Counted from the stretch's first letter, positions 26,111-36,193 are shown. The stretch: 64,000 nucleotides of DNA from Armatimonadetes bacterium UBA5352 (GCA_002411015.1 DHPY01000075.1:28307-92306), one strand, 5' to 3'. Program-made: numbers and translations. Notes: generated by a model not told the origin, from the letters alone.

Positions 26111-29069
26111 CCACAGGTATCCTCAGGTCCTCCGGCCGCAGCGCCAGGTAGCCGTAGAAGCCATCCTCGAAGTAGAGGCTCGCATCCGAGCCGAAGGTCC
26201 CCCAGGTCCGCTCAGGGGCCATCGTGTACTCGATCCGCCAGATGCCCTCCGCGCCCTCGACAACCGGGATGTCCAGTTCCATGTAGATCGCGCCAGGCAG
26301 CTTCGGCTCGGTGTCCATGCGCAGATCGGGATCGTAGACGAGCGCGCCCGTCTCGCCCTGCAGGTCCACCACCAGCTCGCCCCGCGCGTCCCAGACGCGG
26401 CAGACACAGCCCTTGTCGCGCGTTTGCAGCCGCAGCGGCACGCTCTCGGTGCCCTCTGGCACGTGGAAGTACATCGGCGGCGTACTGCCGGCGAAGTGCA
26501 GGCGCTGGCCGTTGTGTGCGGGGATCAGCAGCGCCGCACCATCGGCCTCGATGGTGAAGCACTCCCCGCCCGCGTCCACTCCGACCGCGGTCATGCCCGG
26601 GTCGGTCAGCGTCAGGCTCGCAGGCGTGCCATCCGCGCCGGTGGCTGCCGGGTCGAGCAGCCGTCCGGTTACGGGCGCAGCGGCCCAGAGGAGTGCCTGC
26701 TTCCCTTCGCCCAGCCACGGCACGACCTTAGCGGTCACGGTAGCCGTCTGCCCCGGCTCAATGATCGCTCCGAAGTGGTGGCTGTAGCGCAGCACGAGCG
26801 GCGTCGCGCTGGCAGGCGCCTCCGCCATCGGCCCCTCCACTGGCGCCAACGCGACCTCCTCCATGGCATAGACAGGCAGGGTGCTCTCCCCGGCGGTGAG
26901 CGCTGCGCGCGCCTCTGCCATCGGGGGCCCCTCAGCGGCGCCATTTGCCAGAGCGAGCCGCACGATCGAGAGCATCTGGACCTCCGGCAGCGTGAAGCGG
27001 ACGCCGCCGTCCATCGGAGCGACCTCCAGTGCCTGCCCGGACTCATCGCCGGGCGCGATCCACTCGGCCGAGACGGCGTGCGTGCCATCAGGCACAGGGC
27101 AGATCACCTCGACATCGCGCTGCGTATGCACCTGGCCCTCGCTCGCGATTCGGTAGGCCCTCCCGTCGTCCTCGATCGTGAAGTCCACGTTGTAGTTGAT
27201 GAGGTTCACCAGCATTTCGTCACCGGCGGTGCGACGCGCGCTGATGACGACCCCCGGCGCGTTGATGCAGCCGAAGCGCTCGAGCGCCAGCGGGTCGCTC
27301 TCGGTCGCCGCCAGCACGTCATACAGGGGGCCCTTGTACTTGCCGCCGTACATCATCGAGAGCGCGGGCTTGAAGTAGCTCTGGGTGAACTCCCCGGCCA
27401 TCTCGGCCCCGAAGAGCGGCGCCTCGCGCAGAGTGCCGGCTCCGGTCATATCGCCGGAGGGGCCGGTCACGATGAGCCTGCCACCGGCATCGGCATATGC
27501 GCGCAGCAGCGCCGCCTGCTCATCGGTGATGATCCGCGGCGAGGGCAGGATGATCGTGTCATAGCGCGCCAGGCGTTCGGGCGTGCAGTTCGCGGAGATG
27601 ACGTAGTCGTGCAGCACCCCGCGGCTCTGGAGGGCGCGGCGGGCGGTCTCAAACTCTCGCACGCTGTCGGCGACTTGACTGTAATCGAGGTAGAGGTCGT
27701 CATACTGCACGAAGAGGGCGACGTCGGCGATACTCTCGCCGGTGCGGGTCCAGTCGCGGTGCGTGCGCAGCCAGCCAAAGAGCCGCTCGCGCGCGGGGTT
27801 GCGGCGCATCACGTTGATATCCGCGCCATCAATGAAAACTCCATCGAGCGCCAGCGCCTGGCAGAACGCAAGCTCATACTGCTTCTGGTGGTGCGGGCGG
27901 GAGATCGAGTCGGGGCGCACGCCCGGCCAGGTGACGGCATCGAGCGCGTGGACCATCTTGTGATCGGTCACCTGCTCGTCCATGGAGTTCCACGAGACGC
28001 CGGGCAGGATCGGCATCTGCCAGTTTCCGACGTAGTGGTAGCGCTTCTCCATGAAGGTGATGTCCTGCCCGTTCTCCGCCCATGGGACGAGCCCGAGCCC
28101 GACATCGGTCGGCTTGAAGACGCTCCAGGTGCCGTTCGCGCAGAGGAAGAAGTTGCCCTCACCGCGCGCCTGCTCGCCACCGTCCTTGATCGCGCCGAGG
28201 AACGCGCCCACGCTCTCAGCGCGGAAGCGCCTCGTGTCGAAGGCCCACTTCGCGTCCTCAAGCACACACTCAGCGTAGTCGTTCACGCCGAAGTACGCTC
28301 GCAGGTCGTCAGGCGTGTACCGCTCGCGCAGGTAGCGCTGCCACTCGCGCTGGCAGTCGGGGCAGGTGCATGAGTTGCCGGGGTTGTCAACGAAGATGCC
28401 GGTATAGCCCTCCATCGCGCAGTAGTTGGCCAGAGCGCGGTGATAGGTGCGCCAGGCGGGGTCGTTCACGCAGCCCGCGTAGACCTGGTTGCCGAAGGCA
28501 TCCACGCCCCAGTACGAGCCCAGGTACTTCTTCCCGCCGCGTAGCTGGATCCAGTCCCACGGCTCCTCCGCGGGCTTCTCACCGAGCAGCGGCATGATCC
28601 CGCGGAACTCGTCCCAGTTGTCGTAGAGGGTGTACATCCCTGAGCGATTCTCGGGGGTGAGCGCGAGCTTCACCGCGCAGACGTAGCGGCAGTACTCGTT
28701 GATGCCGAGGTCGCGCCACGACTGCAGCTGTGCCGTGACCTTCGGGCGGTAGTCATTGAGTATCTCGGCGGTGATGCGCTGATCCTGCGTCCAGCCCCAG
28801 TTGTGGCTGAGCGGGGCCTGATCGTAGGCGCGGTAGTTGATATCGGGGACGGCGGCGCCAAGGGCCTCCATGTAGCCCGGCCAGCCCTCGGCGGCGCCCG
28901 CCTCGTTGAACGGGTGAGGCGGGTCCACCTGCGCGGCAACCCAGGCGTCATCATCCTCAGGGTGGTGCACGTACATGAAGACGAAGGTCCTCGGGGGCTC
29001 ATCGAGGTCGGCAAAGACGGGGGCGATGCCGGCGGACAGGAGCAGGAGGATGGCGATCAGCCTGCGCAT
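26097..29069 (-). CDS. Secreted putative glycoside hydrolase (990 aa) with GH42-type beta-galactosidase trimerisation (class-I glutamine-amidotransferase-like) domain
   Basis: Signal peptide MRRLIAILLLLSAGIAPVFA. Block RYDTIILPSPRIITDEQAALLRAYADAGGRLIVTGP typical of the GH42 A4 middle domain. RBS GGAGG 7 nt upstream of ATG at 29069. Confidence 0.5.
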   Translation of the reverse strand: MRRLIAILLLLSAGIAPVFADLDEPPRTFVFMYVHHPEDDDAWVAAQVDPPHPFNEAGAAEGWPGYMEALGAAVPDINYRAYDQAPLSHNWGWTQDQRITAEILNDYRPKVTAQLQSWRDLGINEYCRYVCAVKLALTPENRSGMYTLYDNWDEFRGIMPLLGEKPAEEPWDWIQLRGGKKYLGSYWGVDAFGNQVYAGCVNDPAWRTYHRALANYCAMEGYTGIFVDNPGNSCTCPDCQREWQRYLRERYTPDDLRAYFGVNDYAECVLEDAKWAFDTRRFRAESVGAFLGAIKDGGEQARGEGNFFLCANGTWSVFKPTDVGLGLVPWAENGQDITFMEKRYHYVGNWQMPILPGVSWNSMDEQVTDHKMVHALDAVTWPGVRPDSISRPHHQKQYELAFCQALALDGVFIDGADINVMRRNPARERLFGWLRTHRDWTRTGESIADVALFVQYDDLYLDYSQVADSVREFETARRALQSRGVLHDYVISANCTPERLARYDTIILPSPRIITDEQAALLRAYADAGGRLIVTGPSGDMTGAGTLREAPLFGAEMAGEFTQSYFKPALSMMYGGKYKGPLYDVLAATESDPLALERFGCINAPGVVISARRTAGDEMLVNLINYNVDFTIEDDGRAYRIASEGQVHTQRDVEVICPVPDGTHAVSAEWIAPGDESGQALEVAPMDGGVRFTLPEVQMLSIVRLALANGAAEGPPMAEARAALTAGESTLPVYAMEEVALAPVEGPMAEAPASATPLVLRYSHHFGAIIEPGQTATVTAKVVPWLGEGKQALLWAAAPVTGRLLDPAATGADGTPASLTLTDPGMTAVGVDAGGECFTIEADGAALLIPAHNGQRLHFAGSTPPMYFHVPEGTESVPLRLQTRDKGCVCRVWDARGELVVDLQGETGALVYDPDLRMDTEPKLPGAIYMELDIPVVEGAEGIWRIEYTMAPERTWGTFGSDASLYFEDGFYGYLALRPEDLRIPVDGEG

Positions 29070-29073
29070 GGCG

Positions 29074-29125
29074 GTGCCTCCACGCGGAAGATAGTGCGCG
29101 ACAGCGCCTTCCGCAATGGAGGCAC
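29074..29125 (-). promoter_or_regulatory. Imperfect 17-18-bp inverted repeat (GTGCCTCCACGCGGAAG ... CTTCCGCAATGGAGGCAC) whose downstream arm contains the GH42-like gene's Shine-Dalgarno sequence; candidate RBS-sequestering hairpin or operator
   Basis: Arms 29074-29090 and 29108-29125 pair over all positions except a 2-3 nt internal mismatch (CGTGG vs CAATGG), with a 17-nt loop. In the minus-strand mRNA the GGAGG of the RBS would pair with CCUCC of the other arm. Confidence 0.45.
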
Positions 29126-29134
29126 GGGGACCTG

Positions 29135-30436
29135 CTACTTCGCCGCGATTGGCTCCTCGTCGGCGTCTTCGGACGTCCGTTCAACCTCCAGGTGCCCCTT
29201 CGGGCGCACGAAGAGCGCAATGAGCAGAGCGCAGATGAGCTGGAGGATGCCCATGACAATGAACGGGAGCCGCATGCCCATCCCGGAGGCCATGAAGCCG
29301 CCGACGAGAGGGCCGAGGGCGAATCCGAGGCACATTGCGGATGTCGTGATGCCGAAGGTGCGCCCGAGAGTGTCCGGGGAGACGCTTGCGCCGATCATCG
29401 CGTTCATTGCGGGCCCGCCGCCGCCGGCGATCAGGCCCCAGCCGACCCGCAGGCCGAAGAGCTGCCCGATGCTCTGCGCGAAGGCATGCGGGATGCTGAA
29501 GAACGCCGAGCCCGCGTTGGCGACGACAAGCACCCGCCGATGGCCGATGCGGTCGGCGAGCCGCCCGACGACGATGCAGGCAAGGCCCGAGGCAATGCCG
29601 CCGACAGCCATGAGCTGACCGGTGACTGTGGCAGCGCGATCGGTCTGCGCGATCTGCTCCACGAAAAGCGGGAAGATCGGACCGACGAACGTGACCGCGA
29701 ACGCGGAGAGGAAGAATGCGCTCAGCAGGGCCGCCAGCCCGCCTCTGCCGAAGACCTCGCGCAGGCCGTGGTTGCCGTTGCCGCGCTCCTCCGGCCGCAC
29801 ACGCTGCTCGGTCGTGAAGAAGAGCACAACGAAGCCGGAGATAGCCCAGAGGGCGCCGCAGACGAAGAAGGGGATACGGTAGCCGTAGGTATCAGCGACG
29901 ACGCCGCCCATCCACGGCCCGGCGGCGTTACCCACGATCAGGCCGGTCTGCAGCAGCCCCATGGCGGCTCCAAGGTGCTTGCGCGGCGTGACCGAGGCGA
30001 CCATCGTATTGCAGGCCGAGCCGGTGCCGGTGAGGGCGCCCTGCATGAACCGGAAGATCACAAGCTGCCAGATGGTCTGGGAGAAGCCCATGAGGGCGAT
30101 GGTGATCGCGCCGCCGAACATTGCGCGCTGGAGCATCAGCTTGCGCCCGTAGCGGTCTGCGAGACTCCCCCAGATCGGCTGGAAGATCGTGAGGCTCATC
30201 CCGGCGGCGAACATTGCCACTCCGGAGTAGGAGCTGACCATACGCTCGTCGGCAACGCCGAGATCGCGCACGAAGAGGGGCAGAAAGGGCATCACAAATG
30301 AGAAGCCGACAGCAGCCAGCAGGTTCGCGAACCAGACCGCCCAAAGGGTACGACGCCAGTGGGGATCGATGACTTCATCAGCCTGTCCGCAGGCCGGTGG
30401 CTGTGATGTCTGCTGCAAGTGTTCGGTCGCCATCAC
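29135..30436 (-). CDS. MFS transporter (DHA1/Bcr-like 12-TM family)
   Basis: MFS signature region GSLADRYGRK, 12 hydrophobic segments, typical length (433 aa). Confidence 0.85.
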   Translation of the reverse strand: MMATEHLQQTSQPPACGQADEVIDPHWRRTLWAVWFANLLAAVGFSFVMPFLPLFVRDLGVADERMVSSYSGVAMFAAGMSLTIFQPIWGSLADRYGRKLMLQRAMFGGAITIALMGFSQTIWQLVIFRFMQGALTGTGSACNTMVASVTPRKHLGAAMGLLQTGLIVGNAAGPWMGGVVADTYGYRIPFFVCGALWAISGFVVLFFTTEQRVRPEERGNGNHGLREVFGRGGLAALLSAFFLSAFAVTFVGPIFPLFVEQIAQTDRAATVTGQLMAVGGIASGLACIVVGRLADRIGHRRVLVVANAGSAFFSIPHAFAQSIGQLFGLRVGWGLIAGGGGPAMNAMIGASVSPDTLGRTFGITTSAMCLGFALGPLVGGFMASGMGMRLPFIVMGILQLICALLIALFVRPKGHLEVERTSEDADEEPIAAK

Positions 30437-30443
30437 GCCTCAA

Positions 30444-30773
30444 CTACCGGCAGGAAGAGGGGCCGCGTGCACGCAGCCCGATGAGTTCACGCTCTGAAAC
30501 ATGATACTCCAGCCGCTGGAGAAGGGCAAGTCCGCTCTCCACGCCATCCAAGGCGCCGTAGTAGATCAGCCAGCCATCCTCCGTGCGCACCGCGCTTGGC
30601 GCGTGGGTGTTCCGGAACGGCCCCTCGAGCGGCTCGAGTAGTGGCGCCCGCACATCACAGGTGAGGTTGAGCGTGCCCGCCTCCCACCACTGCGGCTGGA
30701 ACTCGCGGGCCGCCACGCCGGTGATCTGCACGCAGCCATCCGGAGCGACACCCGCGACAGGCTCCATCGTCAC
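30444..30773 (-). CDS. Hypothetical small protein (109 aa), possibly a gene fragment
   Basis: ORF only. Fragment WLIYYGALDG resembles beta-propeller glycosidase strands, but no full domain is present. Confidence 0.25.
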   Translation of the reverse strand: MTMEPVAGVAPDGCVQITGVAAREFQPQWWEAGTLNLTCDVRAPLLEPLEGPFRNTHAPSAVRTEDGWLIYYGALDGVESGLALLQRLEYHVSERELIGLRARGPSSCR

Positions 30774-30848
30774 CTGCGCAGTGCCGGGACTGCGGCGAGC
30801 GGCAGCACTCCGCCCATCAGCATGTGACGCGTGTCGGACCGCCTCCGC

Positions 30849-32060
30849 TCAGATGCCCTCGAGCCAGCCGTCCACGAGGTAGGCGCCGTAGACCTGCGGT
30901 AGGCCGTTGCGGCGCGCGGTGAAGATCACCCACCTGTTGTCGGCGGTCATGTATGGATGCGCGTGCGCCCACTGCTGGCCGTCGTACTCAGTGCGGCTGA
31001 AGGCCAGACGCTTGCAGCGGCCGGTCTCGAGGTTGCCGATGTAGATCGGCACGCCCTCCTCGCCAGTGTCGCCGATCCAGAAGCGCCCATCGGCGGTGAC
31101 GCTGACGTGGCCGACGCGGGTGCCGGGGTTCGGCACAACCGTGGGCCCCTCATCGCCAACTGCGCCCACGTAGATGTTCGCGCCGGTATCGGGATCAACC
31201 GCGGTTGAGAAGAAGATGCCGCTCTTATCCCCCACCCACGCCTCGTGGCCGGTCGGTCGGAGGGTATGCGGGAGATCAGCGGGGAAGAGCTCCATCTCGC
31301 CGCTGAGGTCGATCTCGCCGAGCAGCACCTGCTTCACGTCGGGCATCTGGTTGAGCTGGATGAGCACCTTGTTCCGCCCATCGCGCGAGAACTGCTCGTG
31401 CTTAGCGAGGTAGCCGGGCTTGTCGAGGAGCACGCGCCACTCGCCGCTCTCGATGTCGAGCAGGTCAACGCGCGTGACCTCCGCGCCCTCGGGACGCACC
31501 GCGACCGCGAACCAGCGGTGATCGGGCGAGACGGTGCCGTAGGAGTAGCTGCCGCGCTCCGGCGGCAGCGGCGCGATGTTCTCGATCTCGAGGGTGGTGT
31601 AGTTGCAGCGCCGCAGCATCGGCACTCCGTCCACGGTCTGGCGGTAGTAGAGCCAGTCGCTCCACGGGTGGAAGGCCGGGAAGGGCGGCTTGCCCGAGAG
31701 AATCTCGTGGCGGGAGCCGTCGTAGAGGTCGAAGATCTCGATCCCGCCGCGCAGATCGCCCTGCGAGTAGTAGCGGATTGCGATCCGCCGCGAGGCCGGA
31801 TCGGAGTAGGGTTGCTCGCCGTAGATGTTGTCTGCCGGCCGCTCATCCGCACCGAGCAGGTAGACCTTCGCGCCGCTCTCCTCGTCAACCTCGACCGGTT
31901 CTCCGAGCATCGGGGCACCTCCGTCTTGCGCGCCGACCATACAGGCGGCGGTCAACAGCAGCAGGCCGATCAGCCTGCGTAGAGTGACTACTCTCGTGCG
32001 CTGCAATGCGCTCATCCTCACATTGAGTGGTTCAACGCGAGGTCTCTTTCCTCGCACCAT
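30849..32060 (-). CDS. Oligogalacturonate lyase (PL22)-like beta-propeller protein with N-terminal signal peptide
   Basis: C-terminal region YIGNLETGRCKRLAFSRTEYDGQQWAHAHPYMTADNRWVIFTARRNGLPQVYGAYL is colinear with the Ogl C-terminus (...NLKTGK...HPHPSFTPDDKQVLFTSD..GKPALYL). GGAGG RBS 9 nt upstream of ATG 32060. Confidence 0.6.
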   Translation of the reverse strand: MVRGKRPRVEPLNVRMSALQRTRVVTLRRLIGLLLLTAACMVGAQDGGAPMLGEPVEVDEESGAKVYLLGADERPADNIYGEQPYSDPASRRIAIRYYSQGDLRGGIEIFDLYDGSRHEILSGKPPFPAFHPWSDWLYYRQTVDGVPMLRRCNYTTLEIENIAPLPPERGSYSYGTVSPDHRWFAVAVRPEGAEVTRVDLLDIESGEWRVLLDKPGYLAKHEQFSRDGRNKVLIQLNQMPDVKQVLLGEIDLSGEMELFPADLPHTLRPTGHEAWVGDKSGIFFSTAVDPDTGANIYVGAVGDEGPTVVPNPGTRVGHVSVTADGRFWIGDTGEEGVPIYIGNLETGRCKRLAFSRTEYDGQQWAHAHPYMTADNRWVIFTARRNGLPQVYGAYLVDGWLEGI

Positions 32061-32164
32061 GGAGCCAATCCTCCACCACCGGAGCGTCGGTGAGCGAAGG
32101 AGTCCGCCGTGCCGGTGCTGAACTCTCAGGACGATCCAGGTTCGCCACCAGTTCGGAGGTTCCC

Positions 32165-33358
32165 ATGGGCGCCATCAGCATCCGCGAGTTCCAGCCCGAC
32201 GACATCGAGAGCTTCCACGCGCTGCACGATGCGGTCTTCCCGCCTGTCCCGTTCGAGGAGATGCGGCGATGGATGGCGCGCGATGATGTCACCGCCGGGG
32301 TGGCCGTGCAGGACGGACGCATCGTTGGCGAGATCCCGCTGCACATCCGGCGCTTCGTGCTGCGCCCAGGGGTCTCCGTGCGCGTGGCCTTCGAGCATTC
32401 GGTCTGCGTGGATGAATCCATGCGCGGCGAGGGCGTTGGCAGTCGCATCCAGGATGCTATGAAGCAGTTCATTCGCGACCGGGTCGAGGCGCTGACGGTC
32501 TACCGCGGTGGTGAGCGCACTGCGGCGTACAATCACTACGACAAGAACGGGCTGACCGACTGCTGCTACATGCGCGGCTGGGTGAACAGCGCACCCGAGT
32601 CAGTCGCGGAGGCCATCGGCGAGCCGCTCGACGCGCCCGCCATCATCGAGCGCGAGCAGCAGTTCGCGGCGAGCTTCGCCTCGGCCAACGCTCATGCGGG
32701 AGGCTATCAGCAGCGCGATCCGGGCTTCTACGAGATCGCCTTCATGCAGCTTGAGGCCGTGGAGCTTGGCGGGGAGTACGCGGCGCTGGCGGTCGAGGAG
32801 GAGGGCCGGCCGCTCGGGCACTGCATCGTGCGGCTGATCGAGGGGCAGGCAGTGCGCGTGCTGGAGCTCGCGCCGCGCGGGCGTGACCTCGCGATGGCGG
32901 CGCGGCTGCTGCGGGGCGTCTGCGCCCTGGCGACCGATCGTCGAGTCGCGGTCTCGGTGGAGCTGCACGATGGCGGCGCATATACACCGGTCTTCGAGGC
33001 GCTGGGCTTCCGGCCGCAGCCGCGCGGGAACATGATCATGGCCTGCCCGCTCGACTGGGAGCGGCTCGCGAACATCGTCTGGGCGCCGCAGAGTGAGCTT
33101 TCGACGGTACGGGTGCGCGTCTGGACGCCGCAGGAGGAGTTCGTGGCACACGAGCCGGGCGGCGAGCCAACGCGCGAGATCACGGTCGAGATGAAGCACC
33201 ACCAGGCGGTGCGCTGGCTGATGTGCCGGCTGAATCTGGCGCCGCTGGTGGCGCAGGAGATCGTGATGATCCGCGGCGCTCGGCCCGGCGATCTGGAGGC
33301 GCTGAGCCGAGCAATCCCGTTCAGCGCCTGGGAGTACCAGGGCATAGACCACATCTGA
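32165..33358 (+). CDS. GNAT-family N-acetyltransferase with extended C-terminal region (Eis-like architecture)
   Basis: N-terminal GNAT block ISIREFQPDDIESFHALHDAVF...VDESMRGEGVGSRI. GGAGG RBS before ATG 32165. The ORF-track start 32027 adds a non-protein-like leader. Confidence 0.6.
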   Translation: MGAISIREFQPDDIESFHALHDAVFPPVPFEEMRRWMARDDVTAGVAVQDGRIVGEIPLHIRRFVLRPGVSVRVAFEHSVCVDESMRGEGVGSRIQDAMKQFIRDRVEALTVYRGGERTAAYNHYDKNGLTDCCYMRGWVNSAPESVAEAIGEPLDAPAIIEREQQFAASFASANAHAGGYQQRDPGFYEIAFMQLEAVELGGEYAALAVEEEGRPLGHCIVRLIEGQAVRVLELAPRGRDLAMAARLLRGVCALATDRRVAVSVELHDGGAYTPVFEALGFRPQPRGNMIMACPLDWERLANIVWAPQSELSTVRVRVWTPQEEFVAHEPGGEPTREITVEMKHHQAVRWLMCRLNLAPLVAQEIVMIRGARPGDLEALSRAIPFSAWEYQGIDHI

Positions 33359-33370
33359 AGGAGCGCGTGG

Positions 33371-33982
33371 ATGACTGCTTCCGAGATAGTCGTCGCCATC
33401 GGAGAGACCTCGCTTGCGCTCTTTATCATCATAGACCCGATCGCCGGCCTGCCGATCATCTCGAGCCTGTTCCGCCAGTTCTCGCCGGAGGAACAGCGGC
33501 GCTCCATAGACACCTCGATCCTCGTGAGTGCCGGAGTCTTGCTGGGCTTCGGGGCCCTGGGGCTGCAGCTCATGCGCATCCTCGGCGTGAGCTTCAGCGA
33601 GATGCTGATCGCAGGCGGGCTGCTCTTCCTGGTGCTCGGGATGGACATGCTCTTCGGGCTACTCCCGAACGCGCAGTGCGACCCGCGCACTGTCTGCATT
33701 GTGCCGGTCGCCTCGCCCCTGCTGGCGGGGCCGGGCGCGATCACGACCACTCTCGTGGCCGTCCAGCGATTCCCGTTCCCGACCGGCTATCTCATCGCGG
33801 CGGCCGCCGTGGTCGTCGCGCTGTTCGCGAGCTGGCTGATCCTCCGGCGCGTGGATGAGCTCACGCGCCTGCTCGGCGAGCGCGGCGCGCTGATCATCGG
33901 CAAGCTGATGGGGATCGTGGTCACCTCAATCGCGGTGAGCTTCGTGGTCCGCGGCGTGGAGGGGATCATCGCGGGGCAGTAG
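33371..33982 (+). CDS. MarC-family (UPF0056) integral membrane protein
   Basis: About 200 aa, six hydrophobic segments, MarC-like pattern IIIDPIAGLPIISSLF. Confidence 0.7.
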   Translation: MTASEIVVAIGETSLALFIIIDPIAGLPIISSLFRQFSPEEQRRSIDTSILVSAGVLLGFGALGLQLMRILGVSFSEMLIAGGLLFLVLGMDMLFGLLPNAQCDPRTVCIVPVASPLLAGPGAITTTLVAVQRFPFPTGYLIAAAAVVVALFASWLILRRVDELTRLLGERGALIIGKLMGIVVTSIAVSFVVRGVEGIIAGQ

Positions 33983-34057
33983 CGGATCGCCAGCTTGCTT
34001 GTTCAACTATGTACAATCTAGGCACCGAAAACCTGATAGATCTTCGACAGAGTAGTT

Positions 34058-35533
34058 GTGATGAGGAGCGTCCCCATGGGTATCGCCGAAGTCATGCCAA
34101 CGCCGAAGCAGATGGATCTCTCCACGGAGCAGACGGTGCTGGTGGATCACTCCTGGCGCGTGGCCGATGAGTCGGACGCGATCGACATCGGGACGAAGTT
34201 CGCCGAGGCGTTCTGCATCGGCATGAACGATGCGCCGAACGAGGTCGCGCTTCGGCGTGACAGCAGCCTCGGCGCCGAGGAGTACCGGCTGGAGATCGCG
34301 CCGGGGCGGATCGAGGTCGCGGCGGCCCATCGGCCGGGCTTCATGCACGCGCTGGCGACGATCTCGCAGCTACGCAACGGGCCGCTGCTGCCGGTCGGCA
34401 CCATCAGCGACCGCCCGCGGCTGCCTCTGCGCGGCCTGCAGCTCATGGTCGAGAAGATCTACCAGTTCAACGAGGAGCAGATCCTCTCCCTCATCCGCTC
34501 AGCGGCCCGGCACAAGCTCAACGCGCTGCTGATCGAGTTCGGCGACCGCTTCCCGTTCGAGGCGCCGCACGAGGCCGTCGCGTCGCCGTCGGCGCTGACC
34601 CGGCAGCAACTGCGGCGGATCGTTGACGAGGCGCGCGATCTCGGGCTGGAGATCATCCCGCTGGTGCAGTGCATCGGGCACCTCGAGTGGTTGCTGCAGC
34701 ACGAGGAGTACGCGGATCTGCGCGAGGAGAACGAGGCGCGCGCACAGTTCTGCCCGCTCAACGAGCGCGCAGTGACCGTTTGGGGTGAACTGACTGAGCA
34801 GGTGGTGGAGTCTATCGGCGGTGGCGAGCGCGTGCACGTCGGCGGAGACGAGACGCGGCAGCTTGGCGTCTGCCCGAAGTGCGCAGCGCGGGTCGCGGAA
34901 GCCGGGAAGGGACGGCTCTATGCCGACCACGTCAACCGCGTCTGCGAGTGGCTCGACCAGCGTGGCATGGCGCCGATCATCTGGGATGACATCCTCTGCG
35001 CCCACCCGGAGACGATGGGCTACCTGCATGAGGCCGCGCAGGTCATGTACTGGGACTACTGGACGACGCAGAACCCGAGCCCGCTGCTGGTGGCGCGCGG
35101 GAGCAACGCCGGCGCCGTGGTCTACGACGAGCGCTGGAACTCGGAGTGGGCAGGGGAGCTGCCGGAGATCACCCGCCGGACCCTCGACCGCTTCGCCCGG
35201 CCGGCGAACCTCGAGAGCGATCTGGGCGAGGCCTACCTCGACACATACCGGGAATATCTCGGCGATCAGTTCCCGAGGCATGTCCCGGCGATGCCCTACA
35301 TCGAGTACTATCAGGCGCGCGGGCGTGTCGTCTACGGCGCGCCGACATGCTCAGGCAACCACAGCTTCTGGCACACGCTGCCGGATCTCCAGCGGCATGT
35401 GGAGAACATCAAGACCTTTGCGGATCGGTGCATTGAGACACGCGCCGCCGGCATGATCACGAGCGCGTGGTATAATCGCAGTCCGGAGTTGCTGCACCTT
35501 GGTATCGTGGCGACGGCTGAGTTCAGCTGGTGA
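34058..35533 (+). CDS. GH20-like beta-N-acetylhexosaminidase-family protein (cytoplasmic)
   Basis: RPRLPLRGLQLMVEKIY...ARHKLNALLIEF block (GH20 R-x-x-x-D/NVLHLH-like region) and VHVGGDE (GH20 H-x-G-G-D-E catalytic motif). Confidence 0.5.
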   Translation: MMRSVPMGIAEVMPTPKQMDLSTEQTVLVDHSWRVADESDAIDIGTKFAEAFCIGMNDAPNEVALRRDSSLGAEEYRLEIAPGRIEVAAAHRPGFMHALATISQLRNGPLLPVGTISDRPRLPLRGLQLMVEKIYQFNEEQILSLIRSAARHKLNALLIEFGDRFPFEAPHEAVASPSALTRQQLRRIVDEARDLGLEIIPLVQCIGHLEWLLQHEEYADLREENEARAQFCPLNERAVTVWGELTEQVVESIGGGERVHVGGDETRQLGVCPKCAARVAEAGKGRLYADHVNRVCEWLDQRGMAPIIWDDILCAHPETMGYLHEAAQVMYWDYWTTQNPSPLLVARGSNAGAVVYDERWNSEWAGELPEITRRTLDRFARPANLESDLGEAYLDTYREYLGDQFPRHVPAMPYIEYYQARGRVVYGAPTCSGNHSFWHTLPDLQRHVENIKTFADRCIETRAAGMITSAWYNRSPELLHLGIVATAEFSW

Positions 35534-35545
35534 GCGGTGAGAGTC

Positions 35546-36139
35546 ATGAGCGAACGGGAGCAGCCGAAACTGCCGCTACTGACTGAGCGACTGGAGTTAC
35601 GTGATTTCGGAGAGGCTGACGTCGAGTGGGTGCAGGCATGGGCCTGCGACCCTGCGGTCGTGCGCTTCATGCCATGGGGCCCGAACACGCCGGAGCAGAC
35701 GCGTGAGTTCCTCCAGCGAAAGTTCGCAGAGCGCACGGGGGTGCCTCGCCGCACATGGGACCTCGCCGTGGTCAACCACGGAACCGGCCGCCTGATCGGC
35801 TCCGCCGGCCTGCGCCTCGATGAGACGCTGCAGCAGGCATACATTGGCTACTGCTTCCACCGAGACGCGTGGGGCCACGGCTTCGCGACTGAGGCGGCGC
35901 GCGTGTTGCTGCGCTTCGGCTTCGAGCAGCTTGGACTGCACCGCATCCACGCGACGGTGGACAGCCGCAACGGTGCCTCGATCCGCGTCCTCGACAAGAT
36001 CGGCATGCGCCAGGAGGGGCGACTGCGCGAGCACCTGATGCAGCGGGGCGAGTGGCGGGATTCCTTCCTGTACGCCATCCTGCGGCGCGAATGGGATGCG
36101 ACCGCGGGAGCTGCCAGGCCGAACCCGGACACTGAATGA
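35546..36139 (+). CDS. GNAT-family N-acetyltransferase (RimJ/RimL-like, Acetyltransf_3)
   Basis: ERLELRDFGEADVEWVQAW..., AYIGYCFHRDAWGHGFATEAARVLLRFGFEQLGLHRIHATVDSRNGASIRVLDKIGM. Confidence 0.75.
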   Translation: MSEREQPKLPLLTERLELRDFGEADVEWVQAWACDPAVVRFMPWGPNTPEQTREFLQRKFAERTGVPRRTWDLAVVNHGTGRLIGSAGLRLDETLQQAYIGYCFHRDAWGHGFATEAARVLLRFGFEQLGLHRIHATVDSRNGASIRVLDKIGMRQEGRLREHLMQRGEWRDSFLYAILRREWDATAGAARPNPDTE

Positions 36140-36193
36140 ACGTCTGACGAGATGATGCCGCACAGCCACGCTTCTGTCGCGAAGGGGATTGGA

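Noticed and set aside
26046-28373. 775-aa plus-strand ORF antisense to the GH42-like gene
   Set aside because: Compositionally biased antisense frame. The minus-strand gene has signal peptide, RBS and GH42 trimerisation motif.
29192-30301. 369-aa plus-strand ORF opposite the MFS transporter gene
   Set aside because: Antisense artefact (E/D/R/A/G-rich). The MFS gene is clear.
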